DNA of 64,000 bases from positions 118,236,001-118,300,000 of the forward strand of contig NC_086097.1 in the NCBI RefSeq assembly GCF_963921235.1, written 5' to 3'. The position numbers and the translations under genes were made by a program. This document shows positions 49,618 through 63,469 of the stretch, one piece after another. The stretch's first letter is position 1, and each line of letters begins with the position of its first letter. This DNA is from Mobula hypostoma (lineage: Eukaryota). The notes below the pieces were generated by a model. It saw only the letters and a list, made by a program, of their open reading frames with translations, was not told where the DNA came from and did not search any database.

Positions 49618-51224
49618 ATATATTGATTTAGAAAACTTTCCTGAACACATTTCACAAACTCTAAACCATCTAGACCCCTAACAGTATGGGAGTCCCAATC
49701 AATGTATGGAAAATTAAAATCCCCTACCACCACAACTTTATGTTTCCTGCAGTTGCCTGCTATCTCTCTGCAGATTTGCTCTTCCAAGTCTCGTTGACTA
49801 TTGGATGGTCTGTAATACAATCCCACTAATGTGGCCATACCTTTCCTGTTTCTCAGCTCCACCCATAAGGACTCAGTAGACAAGCCCTCTAATCTGTCCT
49901 GCCTGAACACTGCTGCAATATTTTCCCTAACAAGCAATGCTACTCCCCCACCTTTCATTCCTCTGCCTCGATCATATCTGAAACATCGGAACCCTGGAAT
50001 ATTAAGCTGCCAGTCCTGCCCCTCCTGTAGCCAAGTTTCATTAATTGCTACAACATCATAATTCCACGTGTCTATCCATGTCCTCAACTCATCCGCCTTC
50101 CCCGCAATACTCCTAGCATTGAAATATATACACCTCAGAAGATTTTTACCACCACTCACAACCTTTCTATCAGCGGATTTGCTTAAACTTTCAACACCAT
50201 TTATTTTCACCCCAGCCACACTGTCAGCTCTGGCACTCTGGTTCCCATCCCCCTGCAAATCTAGTTTAAAGCCTCCCCAATAGCACTAACAAATCTCCCT
50301 GAAAGGATATTTGTCCCCCTGTGGTTCAAGTGTAACCCGCCTCTCTTGTACAGGTCCCACCTGCCCCAGAAGAGGTCCCAATGATCCTGAAATCTGAAAC
50401 CCTGCCCCCTACACCAGTTCCTCAGTCACTTGCTCCTCCTCCAGAGCATCCTATTCCTACCCTCACTGGCACCTAGCACAGGTAGCAATCCTGAGATTAC
50501 CACCCTGGGGGTCCTGCTTTTCAACTTCCTACCAAGCTCTCTATACTCACTGTCCAGGACCTCTTCACTCTTCCTTGCTATGTCATTGGTACCGATGTGC
50601 ACCACGACATCTGGCTGGTCACCCTCCCACTTCAGAATGTCATGCAATCGATCAGAGACATCCTTGACCCTGGCACACGGGAGGCAACAAACCATCCTGT
50701 ATTCTCTGTCACGACCACAGAACCTTCTATCTGCACCTCTAACTATCGAGTCCCCTATCACTACGGCTCTCCTCTTTCCCCCCTCCCTTCTGCACTGCAG
50801 AGCCAGACTCAGTGCCAGAGATCTGGCTACTGCAGCTAGTCCCAGGTAAGTCATCCCCCCCAACAGTATCCAATGCGGTATACTTGTTGCTGAGGGGAAT
50901 GGCCATAGGGGAACCCTGCTCTGCCTGCCCTTTCCCCTTCCCTCGCCTGACAGTGACCCAATTTCCTGTCCTCTGCTCCTTTGGCGTAACTACCTCCCTG
51001 TAGCTACGATCTATAATCTCCTCATTCTCCTCATGTTGAAGAACCAACACAGTCTGAGGAATACACCAAGGTTACTCTACATATCATCATTTTCCAATGA
51101 TAACCATTTTAAAAATACGAAGCATTCTGTTCTTTTCCTGTCAAATTGGATAGTCTCACATTTTTCACATTGTCCACATTTCCATATTGTTCCTCATCTA
51201 CCATCTGCTCAGCTTATTTATTCA

Positions 51225-51900
51225 AAATTCAAAGTTCAAAATAAGTTTATTATCTGAATATGAATACGTCACCATATGCTACCCTGAGATTCATTTTCTT
51301 GCAGGCATTCACAGTAGAACAACAAAATACAATAGAATCAATGAAAAATCTACACACCAAGTCCAATAAACAGCTAGTGTACAGAGAATACAAACCTTGG
51401 AAATATAAAAACGTTGAAAACAACAACAAGCAAATAATAAATAAATACACAAATTATACTGAAGACATGAGTTGTAGAGTCCTCGAAAGTGAGTCCAGAG
51501 GTTATGGGATCTGTTCAGAGTTGAGGTGAGTGAAGCGATCCACATTCATTTAGGAGTTTTGTAGTTGAAGGGTACTATCTGTTCTTGAACCTGGTGGTGT
51601 GAGACTTAAGGCTCCTTTGCCTTCTTCCTAATGGCAGCAGCGAGAAGACAACATGGCCTGGATGTTAGCAGTCTTTGCTGATGGGTGCTGCTTTCTTGTG
51701 GTAGTGTTCCTTTGAATGAGATGAATTGTGGGAGTTATTTTCCTGTGATGGACTGGGCTGTATCAATCATTTTTTGTAAGGGTTTTCTGTTCCTGGGCAT
51801 TAGTGGTTCCATACCTGGCTGTGATGCAACCAGCGTGCATCTGTAGAATTCTGTCAAAGTTTAGGTGATGTGCTGAATCTGAGTAAACTTCTAAGGAACT
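51225..51900 (-). mobile_element. Rex1/Babar-derived relic
   Basis: TTCAAAGTTCAAA tail; GCITARYG remnant. Confidence 0.7.
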
Positions 51901-52199
51901 AGTGGCAAGGCTGTGCCTCTTTGAATCCCCATATCCTCTTACTTTTCCAATTTTGATTTTGTTTTGTGTCATCAGTAAACTTGGAAATATTGAATTTGTT
52001 TCCGTCATCCAAACCACTCATCTGGATTGTGAATAGTTGAGCCCAACTATGAACTTGTGTAGTTCCATACAATCTAAAACCTGCCAATCAGTGTAGGTCC
52101 TGTTTATTTCTGTAATCTGATTACTTCCATTAACCAGCTCTTAATCCACTCAAACAAAGCACCCCTCTGTTTACAAGCCACAAGAAGCAACAGCAAGGG

Positions 52200-53310
52200 A
52201 GGGAAACAGGTAAAAGGCAAAAACTGGACATTCTAGGTCTGAATCTGAACTTAGATCAAAACAGGATAGATGAATTAATGATATAAATAAAAACAAACAG
52301 GAATGATCTCATAGCTACTGTAGAGCATTGGTGGCAAATTGACCAAAGATGAGAAATACATTTTCTAGGATAAATTTCCTTTATAATCTATTGGCAAAAG
52401 AGAGCAGCAGAGAGAAAACATCTTGGTTCCACCAGTGAAGAATCTGATAGGCTGTGTAGACTTAAGACATAGAAAGAGATCAGACAACACTGATTGGAGT
52501 TGTATACAATGCTGCACGTAGTAAATGGCATTATATAGGCTAGGTAATTAGAGGAAAATGTAGCGACGGTATGGAGCATTTTATCCTACATGTGGGCTAA
52601 GTAAACCAAGTGAGATTGTAGAGAACAAATTCATGCAGTGATCAAGAGAGATTTTTCTACATCAATGTGTTTAAATAAAAAAAACTCTGTTCAATCTAGA
52701 ATTGTGCTGTGAGAAAGGGTTAACTAATGAAGAGCTGGTTAGTGAGCCTTTGAGAAAGAGTTATCAAATGATAGAATTATATGTTAATGATGAACTGATA
52801 TAGATCAGTCAGAATCCAAGTTATTGTAGGTGATAGGATGGTGCACAAGCAATGGCTAATATTTAAAGAACTAATGCATAATGTACAACTAAAGGATATC
52901 CCTTCAGGCAGAAATTTCCAAACAGTTGTCGAACCATAGCTAACAAGAGAAGTTCAAGATTGTTTTAGATCTGGGGAAAATGTTTATAATATTACTCTGT
53001 CAAAAAGAGCATTAAGACTGCAGGACAATAAAATATGACAATTAAGCAAAGGAAAATGGAAAATACAAAACAAAATAACTTAGTCAGAAACATACAGATT
53101 GCATATTTCTATATCCTTCTATAGATATATGAAAGCAGATTTCTAAAAATTAATGTTGGCCCTTACAGATTGAGGCAGGAAGGATTATACTGAAGGATGA
53201 GGAAATAATAAAGAAAAATAAATAATGTCTTTTCTGCCTTTGCAGAGAATAATAAAACAGGTGAAGTTGTGAGAAGTATGGGTGAGAGGAATTAGAGATC
53301 TTCTGGGTAA
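52200..53310 (+). mobile_element. Very old CR1 endonuclease-region relic
   Basis: Degenerate IDEL..DLIA..E.W and NVGP-like stretches. Confidence 0.5.
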
Positions 53311-56300
53311 GTTGAGTGTTGACACAACAATGCCTCTAATTTCTTAGAAGTTTACATAGATTCAGCATGTCATCTAAAACTTTGACAAATTTCTATAGAT
53401 ACACAATAGAAAATATCCTGGTATGGAAACACCAAAATCCAGAAAGGAAAAGTCCACAGTGTGATCGATATTCACTGTTCAAGGCCATGTGGCTTTTTTG
53501 CCAAGCTCAGTTTTCAAAACACAGCAGTTGTGAGCTGCTGAAGGTCAAAGGTCTTTGATTAAGTTAAAATTCCAACTAATATTTTTTATCTAGTTTCTTA
53601 CCATAAATGTGAACCAGTCTTCAGTTCTTAATGTAAATGGAAAACAATAATCAGTCTGTAGTTAAAAGGACTGCTTTGCAAACAAACACACTGTCTATAG
53701 AACACAGGATGCTGGCCCACAACACGGGGCTGGCTGCTCAGGAAATGCAGTGTTAGACAATGGAGTTAGGTTACCTGGCTTGAATCAAAGCACACCACTG
53801 GCTATGCTTTCTAGTTCATGGGAGTTTGTAGACCAGATTGGTACTATCACTTAGCACATAAAATAGCTAATCTATAAATAGTTGGAAAGTTTGTGTACTC
53901 AGAGAGTCAGCTTCATAGCATTAATTGTGGATAGCTATGAATGTCTTCCCTAGAAGCTTTCAGACCAGCTGTGTGAAAATATCTGAAAAAATATCAAAAG
54001 CATGTGAGGTCAACCAAGTGGCAAAACAAATATAAATCTCAGAGAGCAGTCAGGCTTTTAGGTATGTTTCAAAACATCAAGAAGAATGACAGAAAAGTGC
54101 TGAACTAGAATCCATTCTGCTGCCTTTAATTTCTGTGATGGATAATTCATAATCTCGGTAACTCATTGGGATGTCTTTTTAGCTAACAAATTGTACCTGT
54201 ACTATGGAAATCCTTTGTATTTTAGAAATGGCTTGTAGTTTGGAAATCTTTTATAAGATAGAAAACCTCTGTGTTTTAATGTGTTTTAAAAACTTCGTCT
54301 GGATTTAAAAGTGTATCACTAAAAACAAATATGTATTCTTTCTACAGACAGAATTTAGGATCATATGCCTTGGAGCTATAAATTTGAATCTGACTCTCTC
54401 CAGCCATTGGTTATCTTCTGTGGTTAGATGAGACAAAATTAATGATACCCCTGTGGCAACAGCTATAAAATGGCTGAATATTTTGACAAGATAGCTTACT
54501 GAAATTTAGATTTAGATTATGCATATAGGCCTATCTGAAGCAATTTTCTGGAAGTAATGTGGTAGTTTCCAGTAAATTACTTATTTGGGGTCTTGCCTTT
54601 TACAATGTTGTTAATCAATTATTGGGGAGATAAGGGAGCCCCTGCACAGTATAATAGTGAGATTATTTCAATGGATCTTTGGAGCTTCTCTATGAGCTGG
54701 ATTGTCACCAGAGCCTCGGGTCTCTGATGCCCCTTCATGTCTTATCAAAGTGCTGGGACTCCCTGGCAGCTAAAGACTGAGTGGTTAAAAGTATACAGAT
54801 CTTCTGAGTTCCTCCACCACTTTGTGTGCGTTACTTGAGCTACCATTTTTGGTCTTTTAGTTAAGTGTTAAATAAAGTTACTTAATCATACCATCGTGAA
54901 GTAGTACCTTGTATTGCCTTTAGGGACTGGATGTGAATCAGTAGCTCTGTTTTGACACATCTTGTCAATAACATGTATTATCAAAGTTGACTTTGTTACT
55001 ATTTTATTAATAATTTTCTAAATTGTATTCTGTACACTTTTCCCTTATACAACAGACATTTTTTTTTCAGTCACTGAGATTACCATCCACAATTCCTGCA
55101 ACAACTAAGTAGCCTGAGCGCTACTTCTTTTTTCTCCCGTTTGTCTCATTCTTCACCAAATTTACTTATTACATTCAGCCATTTAACATATCTAACCTAA
55201 CCTTGGACAATGTGAAAGCTTTGCATGGCTTATTCACTTTTCAGAATTAACCCTATTTCATGTGGGAGCTTTTCCTTCTGCTTAGACATCCTCCTAATCT
55301 GCCTAGCAACTACATCTGATATCAATCAAAAGCTCCATTTTGAGAGCATCAAAGGAATATCCGTGCTCAGTAGAAATGGTTGACAAGACTGTGCTTGAAT
55401 CAGAGTTTCCAATGTTGAGTGACATTCCTCCAAACTGAACACAAGATAGCTGGTCACATGGCTCAGCTGAGAATTCACGTGATGGAAGAAAATAAAGATT
55501 GGATTTCTAGGCACATAACAGATATAAAATGATGGGAGGAGCTCATTCTCTATGTTCCTGTACTTGCCAAATGTTTTATTTCTGGCTAGGTTATGATGCA
55601 TCTCATTTGAGAGTTTTCTGGTTATATAATCCTTTTCCTAATATAATTATTAATTTCATCTGGTCTGCCTTAATCATAGCAATATGCAATATGAACTCTT
55701 CTCCCTATTCTATAGTTGTTAATTACCTGAAAATCTACTTGCTCAGCAACATGTTTTTTGTTCGATTGTGTACATTCTCAGTTGAATCACATGGCTGGTT
55801 GTCTCTTGATGTAAACTTAATTTGTGGGGAAATCACTCCCTGTATTTGCTATACTGATTCAGGCACAGTGTCTACATTTCATGGTGTACTCAGCTAATAT
55901 TTCTGAGACCTTGCCAGTTTTGATGGAAAGTCAGTAATCTATTAGTTCTGTTTCTCTCTCCACAGATGCCACCTAACCTGCAGAGGACTTCCAGCGTTTT
56001 GGACTGTAACAAAGATACTCTATTACAGACAACCCCAATAGGCGGACCGCGGACCAGGTCCAGACCGCGAGAACCGATTGTTTGGACCGTGCCAACTGAT
56101 TGGCACTTACGTGAACGCACCTGTCATAACACGTAAATAAAGCGTGCGCTGCTCTACTTTATTTTAACCTCATCCCACACCGTACACTTGACCTATGCCC
56201 CCGCAGAGCACGCGATGCCGAGTTGATTAAAATGTGTGCAATTGATATGGTTGGCGAAGTTTTAAGTCATGATGAGAAAACCAAGAAAACGGTTGTGGAG

Positions 56301-57958
56301 CTAACACGGTAACAAGAAGAGTAGAGGTTTTAGCGGAGGAGTGTTTTTACAATCTACTCACTGATTTGGAGAAAGCAGAAGCCATATCACTACCTATGGA
56401 CTCGTCATGTGACCGAACCGATATGGAAGAGCTATCTGTGTTCGCAAGATTTTTTGATGGAAAGATCTTTTGGGAAGAGCTACTTTGATTGCTTCCTCTG
56501 CCTGGGCGCACAACTGGGGAAATAATTTTTAACAAATTGACACAGTTCTTTGAGAAGAATGGCTTGGATGTGAGCAAAATTGTGTCCGTTGTCACCGATG
56601 GGGCTCTGTCGATGGTGGGACAACACAAGGGCTTGATAAGCAGATTTGCTGCTGTTAACCCAGCACTCTTGGCATTTCATTGCATTATTCACAAATCAGT
56701 GTTGTGCATTAAACTGTGTGGGGAAATGAAAGAGGCTATGGATACTGTGACGTGACTGGTAAATTTCGTTCGTGAGAGATCAAGTCTGCAACATTGCCCC
56801 TTCAGAGCATTGCTGGAGGAAATGTCAGCGGAACACAAAGAACTTTTGCTGCATAATGATGTTCGTTGGCTGAGCAAAGGCTGTGTGTTAGAGAGGGTGT
56901 GTGACCTGCATAATGAGCTTGTGACATTTTTATCTAGCCTGCAGAGCCAAAAACCCCAACGATTTAAGAGGTTTTTAAGTGACAACAATGTGATGGCACA
57001 TTTTTTTTTGTGTGACATCTTGTCTCATCTAAATGAACTTATTCTGCAATGACAAGGCAACAACCACACTGTTGCGGACATGTACGAGGCGATTGAAGCT
57101 TTCCGGTCGAAGCTGAACTTTTGGAGAGACATTCACGGGAGAAAGTTGCACTTTCCACCTCTGCAGGAGCATTGCGAGAAGAATGAAATGCAAGAGGATC
57201 CGGTGATGAAGGATTTCGTGATGAGCCTGGCAGAAAACTTCAGGGAACAATTTGAAAGCTCCCCTAAACTCTCAGGTGACATCCTCCTCTTCCTGAGACA
57301 GCCATTCTCCATTTCGGATGATGTCCAGTGGACTGCAGAGGCCAAAAGGCTGGTGCCTTCCATAGATGAGGCAACTCTTCAGATGGAGGTCTTGGAAATG
57401 GGAACATGTGATTTGCTCAAAGCACAACACAAGGACATTGGGGCGAGTGACTTTTGGATCAACGTGGCTCCCCAAGCTCAACTTAAAAACATGAGAGCTA
57501 TTGCAATGCTCCTACTCACACTGTTCCCCTCCACATACATATGTGAGTCATCGTTTTCTTCAATGAGCTCTATCAAGAATCAGGACAGAAACAGACTCTC
57601 CAATGCACATCTTGGCCAGTGCCTCAGGATTGCCACAACAGAATACAGGCCCGACATCAGAAATATTGCCTCAACCCATCACTGTTATTTCTCTCACTGA
57701 TTGGTGAGTGAATCAATTTATTTTTGTCCATTTGGCAATCTTATTGTGGTATAATAATATTACAACAACAATAATACTGAATATTTCATTTATAGCTACA
57801 CTGCATGCTTCAAATGCTACATAGCTTAATTAAAAAGAACAAATAGATTAACTGAGAGAACAGAAACAGTGGAAAAGACAGCACTACTAAAACTCCTTGT
57901 GTGTAAGAGAAGTGTTATTTGTGTGGAAGAGAAGTGGTGAAGACTACGATGTTTACTC

Positions 57959-57961
57959 TGT

Positions 57962-58005
<44 letters not shown>
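57959..58005. repeat. (TG)n microsatellite
   Basis: Direct inspection. Confidence 0.95.
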
Positions 58006-58012
<7 letters not shown>

Positions 58013-58171
58013 CATGTATTTTAAGTCCCAGATGAGTTCTCAATATGACAGCTGACAGTTGTGATAAATAGAGTCATAATTAAATGGTTGGTTTTGGACT
58101 TATTTTGTTTCAAGAGTGCATTTTTTTTCTTGTGTGTGCCACAACACGGGCTTTGAGAATCCCAGGCCTAA

Positions 58172-58275
58172 ATTATTACTACTACCACTACTACCACTAC
58201 TACCACTACTACCACTACTACTACTACTACTAATAATAATAATAATAATAATGGTAATAGCAACAACAACAACAT
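58172..58275. repeat. Compound trinucleotide repeat (CTA/CCA, ATA, CAA)
   Basis: Direct inspection. Confidence 0.95.
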
Positions 58276-58429
58276 CTGCCCATAATACAACTTACTGGTG
58301 CAATGAATAAAAAACCCTGGACGTTTTGGCCCTTGGCTTGGCATGTTTGACATAATTTGGCTCTTGTGAAAAACTAATTGGAGAACCCTGCTCTATTAAA
58401 TAAGCAGAAATTGCAATGTCAGGATAAGA

Positions 58430-58750
58430 AAAGATAAGATTAGCTTTATTTGTCTCCTGTATATCAAGCCATATAGTAAAATGCATTGTTCATGTCAAAC
58501 CAGATCAGCAAGGGTTGTACTGGGGGCAGCCTGCGAAATCACCTGAGATGTTCAGTACATTTCAGCCCTATACTCAAAACCATGCTTCTGGCGCCAGATG
58601 AGTAGGCCCACAACTAACAAATATGTCTTTGGGATGTGGGTGGATACCGGGCGACCTACAGGAAACCCATGCAGTCACGGGGAGAACGATCAAACTCCTT
58701 GCATCCTGAAAGGCGATCGCTGGTGCAGTAATGCAATTGCACCAACGACT
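58430..58750 (-). mobile_element. HE1/V-SINE-like element
   Basis: Homologous to 14430-14750. Confidence 0.7.
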
Positions 58751-59659
58751 GTGCTGTTTGTTGCTCCACAAGCAACATCTCTCACTATCACTTCGTTCTA
58801 GAGAGGCTCTGCATCTTTCCACAAGAAGTATTATTCCATAAGACAGAGATTTATTGATCATATGATTATAATCCTGAAAGTGGTAGAGCATTAAGAAAGC
58901 AATAATTGTCCACAGCACTTACTACATGTGAGTCAGCTGAAAGCCAGCAGACTGCAGCATTCCAGGCGATTTCTTCAGTTTAATTATAATGGTGTTATTT
59001 TGAAAAAAAACATTAGCAGCAGAACTATTAGGTTTTGAAGGAAGATCACAACCCTCATGCAACTTATTAAAACTGAATAGATGCTGAAACATTTTTAAAA
59101 CTCCTAAACCTGAGGTGAATGATTCCTAGGCCAGTAGATTTTATGATCTGAAGCTGAACCAATGCCGCAGCAGAGTTAATTATTTCCTTTTGGATCATAT
59201 CTAAACCTGAGATTGACACTCCTCTCATTCTAAAATCATTTTAAAGCTAATTTATAATTTAATAGCTAATAAGATGGTAAAAAATTCAGTCATTCCAAGG
59301 ACAGAATCTGATCTTGTTTTATGACTATCTTAAAATGGGTTTGAGTACAGGGCTGAAATGTACTGAATATCTCAGGTGATTGATTGCCAAATAATGCGTC
59401 ACATTTCTTTTAAGAATAAAAAGGATGAGTCAAAACTAGAATCATCTCTGGGTACAAGAAGAGCTTTGGAAAAATATGCCCTGTAGTGATAAATTTTAAC
59501 ACAGCTGTACAGTGCTTTGTTGGTTCCACACATGTATTACTGCATTTGGTGTTAGTCTGCATGTCAAGGAGGAAAAACACATTCTGAAGATTCACCAAGT
59601 TGAATTTTCAATATTAAGAAAGTTCACTAAGTGGATTCCTGAGGTGAAGGTATTGTTTT

Positions 59660-60300
59660 AAAGTTCAATATTCAAAATAAATTTATTATCAAAGTACATA
59701 CATGTCAGCATATACAACCTTGACATTCATTTTCTTGTGGGCACACTCAACAAATCCATAATAGATTAATAACCATAATAGAATCAATGAAAGATTACAT
59801 TAACTTGGGCATTAAACCAGTGTGCAAAAGACAACAAACTGTGCAAATACAAAAAGAAAGGAATAACAACAACAACAACAACAATAATATTAATAATAAT
59901 AATGATGATGATAATTAATAAATAAATAAGCAAGCAATAAATATCGAGAACATGAGATGAAGAGACATTGAAAGTGAATCCATAGGTGTGGGAACATTTC
60001 AATGATGAGGTAAGTGAATTTGAGTGAAGTTATCCTTTCAGGTTCAAGAGCCTGAGGGTTGAACAGTAATAACGGATCCTGAACCAGGCATTGTCAGTCC
60101 TCCGGCTCCTGTACCTTCTTCCTGATGGCAAAAAACAAGTGGAGAGCATGACCCAAGTGCTGGGCGTCCCTGATGATGGATGCTGCTTTCCTGCAACAAT
60201 GTTTTATGTAGATGTGCCCAATGATGGGAAGGGCTTTACCCGTGATGGACGGGGCTGTATCCACTACTTTTTGTAGGATTTTCCATTCAAGGGCATTAGT
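59660..60300 (-). mobile_element. Rex1/Babar-derived relic
   Basis: Same tail as 18350 and 35125. Confidence 0.7.
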
Positions 60301-60459
60301 TCATGAAGAGAAGTTGAGCAGACTGGGTCTTCACTCCAATGTTTAGGAAAATGATAGGCAATCTGTCGAGAAAATAACAGGGAAGATCAACAAAGCTGAG
60401 TCTGTGATGTGGTTTTACTTGGATTTTCAGAAAGCCTTTGACAAGATGCCACACATGGG

Positions 60460-62600
60460 ACTTATTCGTGGCAGATTTATTTTCCCCAACAAGCCCATTC
60501 TCCTGCTTTCTCCACCATAGCCTTTGATGTCATACTATTCAAGAACCTATCAACTTCTGCATTAAATATACCTAATGACCTGACCTACACAGTTGTTTGA
60601 GGCAATTATTCTACAGTTTTATCTCAATTGGCTCAAGAAATTCCTCCTTTCAAAGTTCTAAAGGGAAATCCTTCCATTCTGATGCTATATCTTCTGCCCC
60701 TTGACTCTCCCACTGTTAGAAACACCTATTGATGTATATTCTATCCAGAACTTACAATATTCAGTAGGCTTCAATGAGAATCACCCTTATTTTCCTAAAC
60801 TCCAGTGAGTACAGGCCCACAGACGTCAAAATCTTCTCCCACACCCAGGTTCATTCGAAGAAACTTTTCCTGGACCCTCTCCAATGTGGGCACATCCTTC
60901 CTTAAATATTAAACTACTCACAATATTTCACATGTGGTCTGACCAGTGGCTTATAAAACATCATCATTACATCCTTGCTTTTACATCCTTGCCCTCTCAA
61001 ATTGAATGCTAACATTGCATTTGCCTTCCTTACCACCAACTCAACCTGTAACCTTTAGGGAATCTTGCACGAGAACTCCCTTTGCACCTCTGATATCTGA
61101 ATTCCTCCTGCTCAGCAGGTCTCACTCAGAGCAACAATGTCAAAGTTGAATTTTTGGAGTTCCCGGGCAACAAAGGCACTTCTCCTCGCTGGTTGGTCCG
61201 AATTTGGGTTATCTATCAGAGTTCATATATTCCAGGTTCCAAATTTTATCGTTTCACTTATCGATGTTTTTCAACCGCATGATGGTGAGCCCTCTGGATG
61301 TGGCTTTCCAGACAGGATGGGGTGAAGCAGACTATTTTTAGGGCACCTTTTCCAGCCCCTTCCCAGTTCAGGTAAACAGAGTTGATCCTAAATAGGGCTG
61401 CTCAGGTGTGAATATTGCTGCCTAACAACTTTCCTGCTTCTGTCCAAAAGTTGAGTGACCGAATCAAGTATTCACTGCTTCTGTGTCGGTTCTTGACTAG
61501 GAGCTTCGAGCCATCACATTGCCTGCTCCCGTCGGCCTCCCCCGATCGCCGAAGGACTTGAAGAAATGCCCCACAGAGCGAAGATGCCTGTGTGTGTATT
61601 TGTTTACAGTGTACTTGATGTTGCACTCCAAGAAGGACACGATACTTCACAGATCAACCAACTAATTCCAATGGCATGGAGGCCACGACGATTGGAGCTG
61701 ATGGGTTTGTTGCAGCCTTCATCCACCTTCACAGCCGTTAAGTTCGAAGTAACTTTGTCCACCTGTTCCACCGTTGAGGTCTTGGTTGGATTGTCCTTTG
61801 TCAGGGACCTCACCCTCGACCTTACCACCATGGGTGACCCTACCAGGAGCATAGCTCCAGACGGCATCACTCTCGGGATCTCAGGACCACACATGCTTCT
61901 CCACCTATCTTTGTATCATCTGTAAACTTGGGCATAATACCATCAATTTCATTATATACTGTAGATCATTCGTATATAACGGGAAAACTAGCAGACTCAG
62001 CACCGACCCCTGTGAAACACCATCAGCCAATGCAGAAAATGCTCCCTTTATTCCCACTCTTTGTCTTCTGCCATGGGCTTTTATCTTGTTTATCAGCCTC
62101 ATGTGTGGCACCTTGTCAAAGGCCTTCTGAGAAACAACATCCACAGACTCTCCTTTGTCTATCGTCCCTGTTACTTCCTCAAAGAATTCCAACAGATTTG
62201 TCAGGCAAGATTATCCCTTTAGGAAACCACACTGACTTTACTCTATTTTATCACTTGTCTCCAAGTACTGCAAAACTTCATCTTTAATAATGGATTCCAA
62301 CATCTTGCCAACCACTGATGTCAGGCTAACTGGCTTGTAATTTCTTTTCTTTTGCCTCCCTCATTTTTTAAAGAGTGGGATGACATTTGCAAATTCCAAG
62401 TGTTCCAGAATCTAGCAATTCTTGAAAGATCATTGCTAATGCATCCATAATCTCTTTAGCTACCTCCTTCGTAACCTTCTATTTAACAATGATAGCTGCA
62501 CTCACTTCTGCCACCCGACTCTCTCAAATTTCTGGCATGCTGCTAATATCTTCCACAGAGAAGACTGACACAATATACTTATTTGGTTTGTCCGCCATAA
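60460..62600 (-). mobile_element. Old CR1 split by an RTE fragment
   Basis: [20 protein letters not shown] (61905-62192) and 3' remnants at 60480-61100. Confidence 0.75.
61105..61905 (-). mobile_element. RTE-clade LINE 5' portion (5'UTR plus endonuclease N-terminus)
   Basis: Minus-strand translation FGTWNI*TL...RRSAFVARELQKFNFDIVALSET; 5' motif AGGGTCACCCATGG typical of RTE 5'UTRs. Confidence 0.75.
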
Positions 62601-63390
62601 ATGAGGTAAAGAGGAACCCTATCTCTGGTGGTGTGGCAGGAGGATGGGGTGAGGCCAGATGTGTGTGAAATGAAAGAGATGTGGGGTGAGGGCAGTGTTG
62701 ATGCTGGAGGAAGGCACCCCTTTCTTTGAAGAAGCAATACATCTCATTAGCTTTAGAATGAAAAACTTGCCCTCAGAGTCGATGTGGTGAAGATAGAAGA
62801 AATGAGAGAAGGTGATGGCCTTATTACAAGTGACAGGGTGGGAAAAGGTATAGTCCAGATGAAAATCAGTGAGTTTGTAAAAGATATCAGTAGATAAATT
62901 GTCTCCAGAGATAGAGACAGAGAGATCGAGAAAGGGGAGGGAGTTAGTTGGAAGTGGGCTAGGTAAATCTGAGGACAGGGTGGAAATTGGAGGCAAAGTT
63001 GATGAAGTCAACGACCTCAGCATGGGTGGAAGAAACAGCCCCAATGTAGTTGTTGATGTGTTGGGGAGTGACACCGGAGTTGGCTTACAACATAGACTGT
63101 TCCACATAGCCAACAAAAAAGCAGGCATAGCTGGAATCCATGCGTGTGCCGATTGCTACACCTTTGGTTTGGAGACAGTGGGAGGAGCCAAGGAGAAATT
63201 ATTGAGAGTGAGGACCATTTGCAGCAGACGGAAGAGAGTGGTGGTGGAGGGGAGCAGATTGGGTCTGTTATCTAGAAAGAAGAGGAGAACATTAAGGCCC
63301 TCCTGACAGGGGATGGAGGTGTATTGGGACTGGGCATCCATGGTGAAAATGAGATGGTCGGGGCCAGGGAATTTGAAATCATTGAGAAGC
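62600..63390 (-). mobile_element. Penelope-like element reverse transcriptase fragment
   Basis: MDAQSQYTSIPCQEGL, VLTLNNFS, LPFLDLSV, TDIFYK..LDYTFSHP; frameshifted. Confidence 0.85.
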
Positions 63391-63469
63391 CATGCTGGAA
63401 GTGGTATTTATAAAAAAATACAGCTTGCATGCAGGAAGAGGTGTCTGATACAAAATGAACTGTGCTTCT

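Larger units (their letters stand above)
46126..51033 (-). mobile_element. CR1-clade LINE (family 2) copy 2 with two nested insertions
   Basis: Near-identical to 20221-23797; longer ORF1 remnant (WVTVRR..LSNKY..VIGDSIVR..GTND); (TGGTTTCTA)n tail. Confidence 0.95.
56026..58390 (+). mobile_element. hAT transposon (GTF2IRD2/SPIN-like transposase), internally deleted, with pseudogenised transposase at about 56340-57700
   Basis: Perfect 8-bp TSD CTCTATTA (56018-56025, 58391-58398); imperfect TIRs CAG..CCAAT; motifs TTGEIIF, VTDGA, FHCIIH, VRWLSKG, STYICESSFS, RNRL; in-frame stops. Confidence 0.92.

Noticed and set aside
20221..51033. Segmental duplication explaining the two CR1 family 2 copies
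   Set aside because: Similarity stops at the element boundaries; tails and truncation points differ
56340..57700. Domesticated GTF2IRD2/ZBED-like host gene
   Set aside because: Multiple in-frame stops, missing N-terminus, and retained TIRs with an 8-bp TSD
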